A stretch of 59,258 nt of DNA, from assembly GCA_964612675.1 (NCBI GenBank), contig CAZTDD010000026.1:1-59258 (forward strand). The letters run 5' to 3'. A program made the translations under genes and the position numbers. Numbering within the stretch: position 1 is the first letter of the stretch; the number at the start of each line of letters is the position of its first letter. This document shows positions 28,588 through 38,592 of the stretch, one piece after another. The notes below the pieces were generated by a model. It worked only from the letters and a program-made list of their open reading frames with translations, ran no database searches and was not told the origin of the DNA. This DNA comes from an uncultured bacterium. GTDB lineage: Bacteria > Hinthialibacterota > Hinthialibacteria > Hinthialibacterales > JAKPRU01.

Positions 28588-29409
28588 GTGAGGCTTTCGT
28601 TGGACGGGACAACCAATTCCGTGTCTGTACTCGACAATCTGCTCCTGAAAGTGACCGGTCCGCTCGTGTATGTAGCGAGACTCTGGTCGCTTTTTGCGCA
28701 GACGATTTACTGGATTGTCGCGGTGTTTTTCAAGCCATCGCAGCGGATCCGCCGGGCTGAGGTTTTCAAGCAGATGGTCGAGGGCGGCGTGAACTCGATC
28801 CCCATCCTTTTCTTGATCATCTTCCTCATCGGTCTGATTCTGGCGATGCAAAGTGCGTATCAGCTGCAGAAGTTCGGAGTAACTTCGCTTGTGGCGTCGC
28901 TTGTGGGAGTCACCATCACACGCGAAGTGGGACCGCTGATCGCCGCCATTATTATTTCAGCGCGTGTCGGAGCAGCCATCACGGCTGAACTCGGAACGAT
29001 GGTCGTGTCTGAAGAAATTATGGCGCTCGAGACCATGGCGGTCCGGCCGGTGCCGTTTCTTGTTGTTCCCCGGTTCATCGCCCTGATGGTCATGCTTCCC
29101 TGCCTGACAATTCTTGCGGACATTGTTGGTATTCTCGGTGGGTTTTGTGTAGGAGTCGGCAACCTGGAGATCAGCGCCGGAGCGTATATCAACAACACAT
29201 TAGAAGGGCTTGCGAATCAGGATATCATCACAGGCCTGATCAAGAGCGTCGGATTTGCCGCGGTCATTGCGATTGTGGCATGTCACGAAGGACTGTCTGT
29301 CAGAGGCGGTCCGGAAGGTGTCGGCACAGCGACAACACGCTCCGTTGTCATGGCGATACTCCTTATTATCCTTACCGATCTCATGTTCACCATAATCTTT
29401 TACTTGTAG
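28588..29409 (+). CDS. mlaE: MlaE-family ABC transporter permease
   Basis: YrbE/MlaE similarity across 6 TM helices. Confidence 0.85.
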   Translation: MRLSLDGTTNSVSVLDNLLLKVTGPLVYVARLWSLFAQTIYWIVAVFFKPSQRIRRAEVFKQMVEGGVNSIPILFLIIFLIGLILAMQSAYQLQKFGVTSLVASLVGVTITREVGPLIAAIIISARVGAAITAELGTMVVSEEIMALETMAVRPVPFLVVPRFIALMVMLPCLTILADIVGILGGFCVGVGNLEISAGAYINNTLEGLANQDIITGLIKSVGFAAVIAIVACHEGLSVRGGPEGVGTATTRSVVMAILLIILTDLMFTIIFYL

Positions 29410-29414
29410 AGACG

Positions 29415-30236
29415 ATGATCGAGGAATCGCAATCGACGAACAACAACATAATTCGGGTCGAAGGCGTGGTGAAGCGGTTCGGACCGCGCACTGTGCTGAA
29501 TGGACTCCGCTTTCCGATTCAGCGCGGCAAGACAACTGTGATTCTCGGCGGCAGCGGTTGCGGAAAATCCACGTTGTTAAAAATCCTGGTCGGGTACCTG
29601 AAGCCGGATGAAGGCAGCGTCTATTATGACGACCTGGATATCGTCCCTTTGGATGAAGAAGGCCTCGATCCGATTCGGAAACGATTTGGCATTCTTTTTC
29701 AATACGGAGCACTGCTGAATTCGATGACGGTCGGCGACAATGTCGCATTGCCGCTAGTCGAGCACACGAATCTCGATCCCAAGATCATCCAGATGATCGT
29801 CAAGATGAAGTTGGAGCTGGTCGGATTGCGCGGTTTCGAAGATCTGAAACCGTCGCAGATATCCGGCGGAATGTGCAAACGCGTCGGTCTCGCGCGGGCC
29901 ATCGCACTGGATCCGGAAATCGTCTTTTATGATGAACCGTCGGCCGGTCTGGATCCGGTAACGTCAGCGGTCGTCGACCAGCTGATGATGGATTTATCGC
30001 ACAAACTGAAGATTACATCGGTCGTTGTCACGCATCACATGGACAGTGCGTTCAAAATCGCCGATTACATGGTCATGCTTCACAAAGGAGAAATCCTCGT
30101 GCAAGGAAGCCGCGACGACATCCGGAACTGCGATAATCCAGTCGTTCAACAATTCATCAAAGGCGAACCGGACGGTCCCGTGCCGCTGACACGAGTCGCG
30201 GACGATTACATCAAAGATCTATTGGGTACGGAATAA
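29415..30236 (+). CDS. mlaF: MlaF-family ABC transporter ATP-binding protein
   Basis: Walker A GGSGCGKST, signature ISGGMCKRVGLARA, Walker B VFYDEP. The track ORF starts upstream (29145); M91 was chosen. Confidence 0.88.
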   Translation: MIEESQSTNNNIIRVEGVVKRFGPRTVLNGLRFPIQRGKTTVILGGSGCGKSTLLKILVGYLKPDEGSVYYDDLDIVPLDEEGLDPIRKRFGILFQYGALLNSMTVGDNVALPLVEHTNLDPKIIQMIVKMKLELVGLRGFEDLKPSQISGGMCKRVGLARAIALDPEIVFYDEPSAGLDPVTSAVVDQLMMDLSHKLKITSVVVTHHMDSAFKIADYMVMLHKGEILVQGSRDDIRNCDNPVVQQFIKGEPDGPVPLTRVADDYIKDLLGTE

Positions 30237-30270
30237 GAGATTTGAAAATATCGATACAAACGAGGTCTCG

Positions 30271-31380
30271 ATGCGTATTTTCACCAATGAAGTCAAAGTC
30301 GGATTGATTGTTGTCATTTCGGTCGGCTTCTTCGTCGCCTTGGTTTCCGCAGTCGGTAATTTCGGCAAGATGTGGGGGACGGAAGAGGTCCAGGTACGGA
30401 TGGAATCCGCCGCCGGTCTAACGAACTACGCATCGGTGACCTTCGCCGGAAAGAAGATCGGCGTAGTCGAGAAGATCGAGCTGGAACGGATAGGAAACAA
30501 AACGTGGGCGATGTTGACATGCTCGATTCACGAGCCCGCACACATCGTGTTGGATTCCACAGCGCATGTTGCCCAATCGAGTTTGCTCGGCGAAGCGTAT
30601 CTCGAACTTTCGGAGGGCAAGAGCCGTGTATGTATCACGGACGCCACAACAAAACCCCACGTATTGAACGGCGTTCCCGTAACCACCTTCGACCAGGTGT
30701 TTGCAGCGGTCAACCGGATTAGCGCGCAAGTGGAAGACATTCTTCAGGACGTGAAGCAGATCAGCGGTAATGAAGACATCCATTCAAGCCTGCAGGGGAC
30801 ATTCGTTCGTATCGAAGAGGCTGCGGTAGAGATTCGCAACGCCGCCGTGGCGGTCCGGGCCGCGATAGGGGACGCGACCGGCGACCTGAGATATGTTCTG
30901 GAACGAGGCAAACGGGCAGCCGATAACCTGGACGCTGCATTTGCAAAGATGCGTGAGGGAGCCGACAATGTTCCCGACCTGGTGGCCGATCTACGAACGA
31001 GAGTGAAGACAGTGACCGAACAAGCAACGAAACTGTTGGCCGCGGGCGAAAAACTCCTCAGCGACTCGAAGCCGAAAGTCGACTCGACGTTGGACAACAT
31101 TTCCGAACTGGCTGCGCAGTTGCGCACGGATGCGGAAGTGCTTATCGCGGATATACGCGGTCTCGCCGCCGACCTGGATGGCGTGGTTGTCGAAAACAGG
31201 GGAGATATCCGTATTCTGCTGGATGAATTGCGCGTCGCGGCGGGTCACCTGGCGTCCATTGCGCGGCAACTGGATGAACATCCGTGGCGGGCGATCTGGA
31301 AAACCGAAGGACGCCTGGAACCGCCCTCGGAAACACCCGAGTGGAAACCGGACATGGAGAAAGGATCCTCGCAAGAATAG
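30271..31380 (+). CDS. mlaD: MlaD/MCE-family substrate-binding protein
   Basis: N-terminal TM then an MCE domain, followed by a long coiled-coil tail. Confidence 0.8.
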   Translation: MRIFTNEVKVGLIVVISVGFFVALVSAVGNFGKMWGTEEVQVRMESAAGLTNYASVTFAGKKIGVVEKIELERIGNKTWAMLTCSIHEPAHIVLDSTAHVAQSSLLGEAYLELSEGKSRVCITDATTKPHVLNGVPVTTFDQVFAAVNRISAQVEDILQDVKQISGNEDIHSSLQGTFVRIEEAAVEIRNAAVAVRAAIGDATGDLRYVLERGKRAADNLDAAFAKMREGADNVPDLVADLRTRVKTVTEQATKLLAAGEKLLSDSKPKVDSTLDNISELAAQLRTDAEVLIADIRGLAADLDGVVVENRGDIRILLDELRVAAGHLASIARQLDEHPWRAIWKTEGRLEPPSETPEWKPDMEKGSSQE

Positions 31381-31393
31381 TCGTGCTGAGATC

Positions 31394-32086
31394 TCAGCCG
31401 CTTTGCGCGATGGTTGCGATACATTGATCCTCGCGTACAACCTTCCGGGGACCGCCGTCGTATCCGGTTGACCAATCGTGCGGCGCGGCGATTTCGGTCA
31501 ATCGATCCAGCATGCCGATTGCCTTTGCACGGTCATAGATCAACTGCCAACCACACTCGAGATCCGGATTCACTTCACATTTCCCATCGCGGGAACCTCC
31601 ACACGGACCATTGAACAACCGTTTGGCGCAGCGGCTGATCGGGCAAATTCCCGCGAATTCTCCGAGTCGGCAATTGCCGCAACCGACACACTTCTCGGTC
31701 CAAACGCCTTGCGATTCGAGAATCCCGATGAATTGCGTATTGAGGCCCGGATAAACCGGGGTTTGCGGAAAGCGCTCTGCCAGCGCCTGAACCCCCGCCC
31801 CGCAACCCAATGAGCAGATTGCGTCGTACCCGGCGGCCCGCTGGGCCAGAATATCGATAAATGCGTCTTCGCATTGGCGTTCAATAGTACATTCGTCTAC
31901 AACAACATTTCCACGACCGGCCAATTTCAGGGACATGCGTAACGCCGCCCCCAGGATATTTGTTTCACGTTCCCCGCCGGCCAAACAGACCGTAACACAG
32001 GTACCGCATCCGACAAGCAACACCCGGTTGTGGTCTTTGACCATATCGCGAATTTCCGGAACTGTTTTTCGATCCGCAACAATCAT
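31394..32086 (-). CDS. MetV-like Cys-rich protein (MTHFR C-terminal-type domain)
   Basis: Cys clusters GCGTCVTVC, CGAG, CVGCGNC and NGPCGG...CE resemble the acetogen MetV family. Confidence 0.55.
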   Translation of the reverse strand: MIVADRKTVPEIRDMVKDHNRVLLVGCGTCVTVCLAGGERETNILGAALRMSLKLAGRGNVVVDECTIERQCEDAFIDILAQRAAGYDAICSLGCGAGVQALAERFPQTPVYPGLNTQFIGILESQGVWTEKCVGCGNCRLGEFAGICPISRCAKRLFNGPCGGSRDGKCEVNPDLECGWQLIYDRAKAIGMLDRLTEIAAPHDWSTGYDGGPRKVVREDQCIATIAQSG

Positions 32087-32165
32087 AGAATTTCTCCAAA
32101 AAGGAATTCCCAGCGATGAATCGCTGGGCTATTATCGTTCGTCCATCGGACGGTCCGTCAGGCTT

Positions 32166-32612
32166 TTAGTCTGGGACCGAAATTGCTTCCACCTCTTCGT
32201 GCCCTTTCGGTATGGGACTGGGTCCCAGTCGGGCGACACGTTCGCTCATTTCAGTCACGATTTCAGCGAACCGCCCACCCTCCGCAGAAGAAAGGTTGAA
32301 CATTTCGAGACGTTCGGGTTCTAGACCGATTTCTTCAAGAAGCTTTTTGGCGCGTTCGACCCGTCGACGTGCACGCAGGTTCCCTTCGAGGAAGTGACAA
32401 CCGCCTTCGAGACAACCGGCAACCATCACAGCGTCTGCGCCGCGTTCGAATGCAGCCAGGATATGATTGATCTCGACTTTTCCCGTACACGGTAGCCTCA
32501 ACACCCGCACGTTCTGCGGGTATTGGAGGCGCATCGAGCCTGCCAGGTCCGCAGCCGCGTAGGCGCAATAATGACAACAGAAAGCGAGTATCAGCGGTTC
32601 TTTTTCTGCCAT
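32166..32612 (-). CDS. mvhD: MvhD/FlpD-family iron-sulfur protein
   Basis: FCCHYCAY...CTGKV...GADAVMVAGC.EGGCHF.EGN signature. Confidence 0.85.
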   Translation of the reverse strand: MAEKEPLILAFCCHYCAYAAADLAGSMRLQYPQNVRVLRLPCTGKVEINHILAAFERGADAVMVAGCLEGGCHFLEGNLRARRRVERAKKLLEEIGLEPERLEMFNLSSAEGGRFAEIVTEMSERVARLGPSPIPKGHEEVEAISVPD

Positions 32613-32618
32613 TCGACT

Positions 32619-35600
32619 TTATCCTTTGTGCCAGCGCGGCGGGGCGACTCCCACAAGTTCAGGGTAAGCCAATTCCGTTTCCTCTTTTCTCGCGCCGAGC
32701 AAGCTGTTTACCGCCCCCAGGATTTGCGCGTTCATGTAGTGACGCAGTTGAATTGCCCTGGCGGGACACTCTGCGGTGCAACTCCCACACCCCATACAAA
32801 CCGCCTGTTGAATGACCGCTTTGTTGTCCTGACCGACGGTTGGGGCCATGTATGGGCAAACATGAACGCAGGTCATACAGGAGATGCATTGGTCGGGATC
32901 GACCCATGCGATTTGCGCACTGACCGGCATTTCCTTCTTTGAGAGGATGGAGGCGGCACGCGCGGCCACCGCGTTCGCCTGAGAAATCGTCTCAGTGATG
33001 AATTTCGGCGCATGAGCGGTACCACAGAGGAAGAGTCCTTCGCTCGCGAAATCGACCGGACGCAGTTTCATATGGGCTTCGAGGAAGAAACCATCTGCGT
33101 TTAGCGGTACCCGAAGCAATTCCGACAATTCTTCTCGATCCGCTCGTGGGACCATCGGTGCGGCAAGAACAACCGTGTCCGGATGGATTTCCATTTGGCT
33201 GTTGAGAGAAGGTTCATTAAACCGAAGACAGATGCGTTGTCCTTCGACCGTCAACTCGGGAGGAGTTTCCTGCTCGTAACGAACGAAGAGTACACCTTTT
33301 TCACGCGCCTCGCGGTATGCCGCCTCACGGAATCCGTAGGTGCGCATGTCGCGGTATAGGATCACGATCCGCGCCTTGGGATACCGCTCCAGAAGCAACA
33401 GAGCGTTCTTAACGGCAGTTGTACAACAAACACGACTGCAATACGGATGCTCGTCGTTACGCTGCTCGACACACTGAATCATCGCAATCGTGGGCTCTTC
33501 CGGGATTCCCAGATCCTGCCGCGCCATCCGGTCGGTCAGTTCGAGCTGTGTCACCACACGATTGCTCTTACCGTAACCGAATGAAGACGGCTTCTTTTCC
33601 GTCGCGCCGGTCGCAACCACCACAACGCCGTGTTCAACCTCTTCGACATTCCCGTTCGAACTCAACTGCGAGGTGAATTCGCCAATGTGTCCGTCAACCT
33701 TGTCGATATGTGTATTGAGGTGAACCGTGATCAGCGGGTTTTTCTTTACATTCTCAACGGTATGGGACAGGAATTTCTGAATGTCGTCGCCATCGAGAGT
33801 ACGGTGGATCTGTTGAGCAGTGCCTCCAAGGCGTTCGCCTTTCTCGACCAGATGAACCGGAAATCCCTGCTCCGCCAATGCCAAAGTCGCTGTCATTCCC
33901 GCAATGCCTCCACCGACCACAAGGGCGGCATTGTTGATAGGAACGGTTTCCTCCTCCAGAGGCTGGAGGTTTGCAGCGCGACCGACAATCATACGAATGA
34001 GGTCAATCGCCTTCTCTGTGGCTTTCTGCGGATTGTCGGAATGAACCCAGGAACATTGATCGCGAATGTTCGCCATCTCCAGAAGGTACGGATTCAAACC
34101 GGCGTCCCGTAATGTGTCACGGAAGATCGGTTCATGGGTTCGGGGTGTACAGGAAGCGATAACCACGCGATTGAGGTGCTCATCACGGATGATTTTCTTG
34201 ATTTGATCCTGCGTATCGTCCGCGCAGGTATAGACACTGTGATCCGCGAAAACCACGTTCGGTAGTCCTCGTGCGCGTTCAACAACCTTTTCGATATCGA
34301 CCACGGAGGCGATGTTGCTGCCGCAGTGACAGATGAAAACACCGACTCTCGGCGGCTCGTCCGTGATGTCTCGTTCCTGTGGATAGGATTTCGTACGGAC
34401 TTCCGTGCCCCGTGCCGCTGAAAGCAACGCCATTGCGCGGGCCGCCGATCCGGTTGCCTGCATCACCGTATCGGGGATGTCTTTCGGCTCCTGAAAAACC
34501 CCGCCCACAAAGACACCCGGACGGGAAGTCTCGAGCGGAGCCAGTTCACGGGTTTTCGCGAAGCCCCATTGGTTTAGTTCGACGCCAATCTTTGCCGCTT
34601 GCTCCCGAATCGACTCGCTCGGTTCCAAGCCGAGTGAGAGGATAACCATGTCGAACTCTTCTTCGACCTGCTTTAGGTCGGAGCTGAAGTAATTCAACCG
34701 AAGGTTATGCGTGCCGGGCATTTCGTAGGTCCGAGAGACAAAAGACCGGACATAATGAATGCCCATTTTCTTTGCGCGCTCGCAGTAGCGGTCAAAGTCC
34801 TTGCCGAAAGCACGCAGATCGAGAAAGAACACCGTCATGTCCAGATCCGGCTCGTGCTCTTTCGCCAGGATGGCCTCTTTTGTTGCCGCCATACAGCAAA
34901 TCGACGAACAGTAATCGTTACCGCATCCGTTGTCGCGCGAACCGACACATTGAATGAACGCCAATCGTTTGGGTTTCTTGCCGTCGGATGGTCGGACGAT
35001 GTGCCCTTCGGTCGGTCCGGAAGCGGACAGGATTCGTTCAAACTGCACATTCGTGACAACGTTGGGAGCAAATCCGAAACCGAACTCGCCCCTGCGCGTT
35101 GCATCGAACGCATCGAAACCCGGTGTGAGCAAGACCGCACCAACGTCTAGATCGAAAGACTTCTCAGGTTCGAAATGATTGATCGCCCCGGCCTGGCAGG
35201 CTTCCACACACAGCATGCATTCCGCGCACCCCGCACATGCCAGACAACGCCGCGCTTCCGCCTGCGCTTCGTCTTCACTGTATGTCGCTTCCACCTCCCG
35301 AAAGTCCGATAGCCGTTCGACAACAGGGACTTCCTGATGTGGAACGCGAGGAGCGCGTTTTGTTCTCTTTTTGATTTTTGCGAGTTCCTCATCCGAAAGT
35401 GGGTTCAACCGTTTCTCGCGCTTCGAGAGTCCCTCTTGAACCGGCCTTTCGGCAAGATAGTTGTCGATAGCCTGTGCCGCCTGTTTCCCGTGCGCGATTG
35501 CGTCGATCACGCTTGACGGGCCGACGACCACATCGCCTCCGGCAAAGACATTCTCACGTGATGTAACCATCGTGACCTCATCGGTCTCGATGGTCCCCCA

Positions 35601-37145
35601 GCGCGATGTTTTCAGTTCGAAAAGCTGTGCGAGTTTCTGGTCGGCCGATTGACTAACCGCCGGAATGAGAGTGTCTGCCTCAATTGTGAACTCGGAACCT
35701 TCGACCGGCACCGGACGTCGGCGGCCGCTTTCATCGGGTTCGCCCAATTCCATGCGGATGCATTCGATGGCGGATACACGATTGTTCTCGGATCGAACTT
35801 TCGTAGGCGCTGCGAGATAGTGGATTTTGATATCCTCAGCCAAGGTAGCGTCGATTTCCGATTCGTCGGCAGGCATCTCTTGGCGCGTACGTCGATACAC
35901 AATAGTGACTTCGTCCGCTCCGAGCCGTTTCGCCGTTCGCGCAACGTCGACCGCCGTGTTGCCGCCCCCGATAATCACAATTCGTTTCCCTGCCCCTGTC
36001 GGTTCACCGAGGGTGTGTTTTCGGAGGAAATCGACACCGTGGACAACTCCCTCGGTATCCTCTCCTGGAATCCCGAGTTTTCGACTGTGATGAGCCCCCG
36101 TCCCCACGAAGATCGCATCGAATTGGCTCTCCATTTGTTCGACGGAAATGCCGTCGCCAACAGGAGTCGCCGTCTTGAATTCGACACCGAGAGATCGAAT
36201 CCCGTCGAGATCCCGCTTCAGGATATCGGGTGGAAGTCTGTATTGGGGGATTCCGACTGCCAACATTCCCCCCAGAACGGGCAGCGCCTCGAAAACGGTA
36301 ACGTTATGGCCCTTAAGAGCCAATGAGTGGGCCGCTGCCAGCCCTGCTGGTCCGGAGCCGACAATCGCAACCGATTTGCCGGTCGATTGAATTCCTTCAG
36401 GTGGTTCGCTTGAAGGATACAGATCCATTGCAAACCGTTTCAGGCCGCGAATATTGACCGGTTCGTCGATCGCGCCTCGATTGCATTCACTCTCACAGGG
36501 GTGAAAACAGACACGCCCGCAGATCGAAGGAAGAGGATTCTCGCGGCGAATTACTTCAGCGGCCTCTTTGAATTTTCCGTCGCCGATAAGAGCAACGTAG
36601 GCTTGGACACTGTGATCGATGGGACAGCCCGAACTGCAGGTCGCACGACCGTTTTTCTGGATGACATTCGCATTCGGAGCCGCCTGGGCGTATACACGAT
36701 CGATTGCCTTCCGTGTCCCGAGACCGGCGTCGAACTGACTCGGAAGATCCACGGGACATACTTTTGTACAGTCGCCGCATGCCGTACATTTATCGACGTC
36801 GATAAAACGCGGCCGTTGACGAATCGTGGCTTTGAAATTCCCTTGGTCTCCTTCAAGTCCGTCCAACTCCGCCATTGTATAAACGTCGATGTTGTGATCC
36901 CTCAAACATTCGACGAGTTTTGGTGAAATAATACAGGTAGCGCAGTCGCCGGTTGGGAACGTTTTATCGAGGCGGGACATGCCTCCACCGACAGCCGCGT
37001 TCTGCTCAACGAGATAAACACGAAACCCGGCCGCCGAAAGATCCAGGGAAGCCTGTATCCCGGCGACGCCCGCACCGGAGACCAACACCGCGCCGCGCGG
37101 TTCTTTGCCATTTGTCGAGGATGTCTTCTGCTGGACTTCACTCAT
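32619..37145 (-). CDS. 1508-aa HdrA-family fusion: HdrA(N) + ferredoxin + GltD/NfnB-like NAD(P)H-FAD module + ferredoxin + HdrA(C) + second complete HdrA-like module + ferredoxin
   Basis: GAGVAGIQASLDL and TFPTGDCATCII (HdrA). ICGRVCFHPCESEC with GSGPAGLAAAH and RMELGEPDESGRRRPV (GltD-like). CVGSRD..YCSSICCM (HdrA core). A second AALVVGGGIAGM..CVEQRNDEHPYCSRVCC module follows. Stop/start overlap with hdrB. Confidence 0.85.
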   Translation of the reverse strand: MSEVQQKTSSTNGKEPRGAVLVSGAGVAGIQASLDLSAAGFRVYLVEQNAAVGGGMSRLDKTFPTGDCATCIISPKLVECLRDHNIDVYTMAELDGLEGDQGNFKATIRQRPRFIDVDKCTACGDCTKVCPVDLPSQFDAGLGTRKAIDRVYAQAAPNANVIQKNGRATCSSGCPIDHSVQAYVALIGDGKFKEAAEVIRRENPLPSICGRVCFHPCESECNRGAIDEPVNIRGLKRFAMDLYPSSEPPEGIQSTGKSVAIVGSGPAGLAAAHSLALKGHNVTVFEALPVLGGMLAVGIPQYRLPPDILKRDLDGIRSLGVEFKTATPVGDGISVEQMESQFDAIFVGTGAHHSRKLGIPGEDTEGVVHGVDFLRKHTLGEPTGAGKRIVIIGGGNTAVDVARTAKRLGADEVTIVYRRTRQEMPADESEIDATLAEDIKIHYLAAPTKVRSENNRVSAIECIRMELGEPDESGRRRPVPVEGSEFTIEADTLIPAVSQSADQKLAQLFELKTSRWGTIETDEVTMVTSRENVFAGGDVVVGPSSVIDAIAHGKQAAQAIDNYLAERPVQEGLSKREKRLNPLSDEELAKIKKRTKRAPRVPHQEVPVVERLSDFREVEATYSEDEAQAEARRCLACAGCAECMLCVEACQAGAINHFEPEKSFDLDVGAVLLTPGFDAFDATRRGEFGFGFAPNVVTNVQFERILSASGPTEGHIVRPSDGKKPKRLAFIQCVGSRDNGCGNDYCSSICCMAATKEAILAKEHEPDLDMTVFFLDLRAFGKDFDRYCERAKKMGIHYVRSFVSRTYEMPGTHNLRLNYFSSDLKQVEEEFDMVILSLGLEPSESIREQAAKIGVELNQWGFAKTRELAPLETSRPGVFVGGVFQEPKDIPDTVMQATGSAARAMALLSAARGTEVRTKSYPQERDITDEPPRVGVFICHCGSNIASVVDIEKVVERARGLPNVVFADHSVYTCADDTQDQIKKIIRDEHLNRVVIASCTPRTHEPIFRDTLRDAGLNPYLLEMANIRDQCSWVHSDNPQKATEKAIDLIRMIVGRAANLQPLEEETVPINNAALVVGGGIAGMTATLALAEQGFPVHLVEKGERLGGTAQQIHRTLDGDDIQKFLSHTVENVKKNPLITVHLNTHIDKVDGHIGEFTSQLSSNGNVEEVEHGVVVVATGATEKKPSSFGYGKSNRVVTQLELTDRMARQDLGIPEEPTIAMIQCVEQRNDEHPYCSRVCCTTAVKNALLLLERYPKARIVILYRDMRTYGFREAAYREAREKGVLFVRYEQETPPELTVEGQRICLRFNEPSLNSQMEIHPDTVVLAAPMVPRADREELSELLRVPLNADGFFLEAHMKLRPVDFASEGLFLCGTAHAPKFITETISQANAVAARAASILSKKEMPVSAQIAWVDPDQCISCMTCVHVCPYMAPTVGQDNKAVIQQAVCMGCGSCTAECPARAIQLRHYMNAQILGAVNSLLGARKEETELAYPELVGVAPPRWHKG

Positions 37146-38029
37146 TGCGATTCAACTCCACAAGCCGCTGTCTTATTTCCGAACAAAGGTTCCGCACTCA
37201 CAGTCAGCGCTGTTAGACCGAGTTCCTCTGAGGACAGTCCCAACGCGAGTCCTAGAAGCTGTGTTATATAAAGCACGGGCGTATCGGAGATACCGCCGTG
37301 AGCTTGTCTCATGTCCGATTGCCGTAGGTCGAGATTGGCCTGACATAACGGACACGCAACTACCAAACAATCTGCGCCGGCCTCACGCGCCATAGTGAGG
37401 AGTCTGTAGCCAAGACGGCTTACGACATCGGAATTCGTCAGCGACAGCCCTGCACCGCAGCATTCGGTTTTGTAAGGCCAAGAGACGGAAAAAGCTCCGA
37501 CCGCCTCAACCAGCTCGTCCATACACGTCGGATTCTCCGCATCGTCGAACGCAACCACTTCCGGTGGCCGCGACAAGAGACAACCATAATAGCTCGCGAC
37601 ACGCAAACCTTTCTGAGAAGCAGTGACCTTCCTGCGAATCACGTCCGGTCCGATATCGTTCATTAACACATCGAGGATATGGCGCACTGCCACGCTACCG
37701 TCATAGGAACGGCCCACGATGCGGTTGGTTCGCTCTCGCTCTTCGGGATTGTTCTTGACCTTGTAATTGGCTGTCCGAAGACGCGCATAACAGGAGGCAC
37801 AAGCGGTCAGCACATCGAGCCCCATGGTTTGAGCCTTTTGGAGGTTCATCACAGGCAGCGCCACCGCGAGAGAAGCGTTGCTGGTATGCGCGGGAGTCGA
37901 TCCGCAACACACCCAGTCCGGTATTTCCTCGAGCTCAATATCCAAAGCCCGGCATAGCGCTCGGGTCGAGCGATCGAAATCCCAAGCCGTCGATTCAAGA
38001 CTACAACCGGGATAATAAGCGTATTTCAC
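37142..38029 (-). CDS. hdrB: heterodisulfide reductase subunit B (two CCG domains)
   Basis: Duplicated C..CCG..C...C motifs (WVCCGSTP and TECCGAG). Confidence 0.9.
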   Translation of the reverse strand: MKYAYYPGCSLESTAWDFDRSTRALCRALDIELEEIPDWVCCGSTPAHTSNASLAVALPVMNLQKAQTMGLDVLTACASCYARLRTANYKVKNNPEERERTNRIVGRSYDGSVAVRHILDVLMNDIGPDVIRRKVTASQKGLRVASYYGCLLSRPPEVVAFDDAENPTCMDELVEAVGAFSVSWPYKTECCGAGLSLTNSDVVSRLGYRLLTMAREAGADCLVVACPLCQANLDLRQSDMRQAHGGISDTPVLYITQLLGLALGLSSEELGLTALTVSAEPLFGNKTAACGVESQ

Positions 38030-38592
38030 CGCTTCCTCTCCTCTTCTTGGGCTCGGCGAAAGACCTCTCTAACCTCGCCCGCGCTTCCGCTGCGCGATGG
38101 GAGAAGAGAGAGTTTTCCTTTCGAGAACATTTTCGGTGCTTTGTCTACGTCGGAAAAGAAGTCGCCGGATCGGATTTTGTAGGCGGTCAACATGCCCAGT
38201 TCGAAAACGCGCCCGTGACGGCGAACGCTCTGCAGAAACGAACGATTGAACCGCTCTCCGCGCGAGTCGGGAACCGACACTTTTCGCTCAACCGCCATCA
38301 TCCGCAGTGTGTCCATGACGGCGGCGATGTCAATTCCCATAGGGCAGCGCGTTGTACAGGCTTCACACGACGCACACAGCCAGATAGCGCGCGATTCGAG
38401 AGCCTTCGATTCCTCGCCGAGATGAATCAGACGCATAATCTGACTGGACAGAAAATCCATTTCCGGAGCAACCGGGCAGCCGGTTGAACACTTGTGGCAT
38501 TGGAAGCACGCACTAACCGGAGTGCCGCTGCGGCGTTCCACCTCGTGCAAAAAGCGAGTCTCTTTCCATTCAACTGTTGAAGTCATCTTCAT
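38026..38592 (-). CDS. hdrC: heterodisulfide reductase subunit C (2x[4Fe-4S])
   Basis: CFQCHKCSTGCP and CASCEACTTRCP. Confidence 0.88.
   Translation of the reverse strand: MKMTSTVEWKETRFLHEVERRSGTPVSACFQCHKCSTGCPVAPEMDFLSSQIMRLIHLGEESKALESRAIWLCASCEACTTRCPMGIDIAAVMDTLRMMAVERKVSVPDSRGERFNRSFLQSVRRHGRVFELGMLTAYKIRSGDFFSDVDKAPKMFSKGKLSLLPSRSGSAGEVREVFRRAQEEERKR

Noticed and set aside
29145-29414. N-terminal 90-aa extension of MlaF, and likewise the ORF-track starts at 29 (TTG), 23100 (GTG), 25457 (TTG), 47021/47027 (TTG) and 49967 (TTG)
   Set aside because: The ORF caller accepts non-ATG starts far upstream. Internal ATGs with canonical RBS and family-typical N-termini were preferred.
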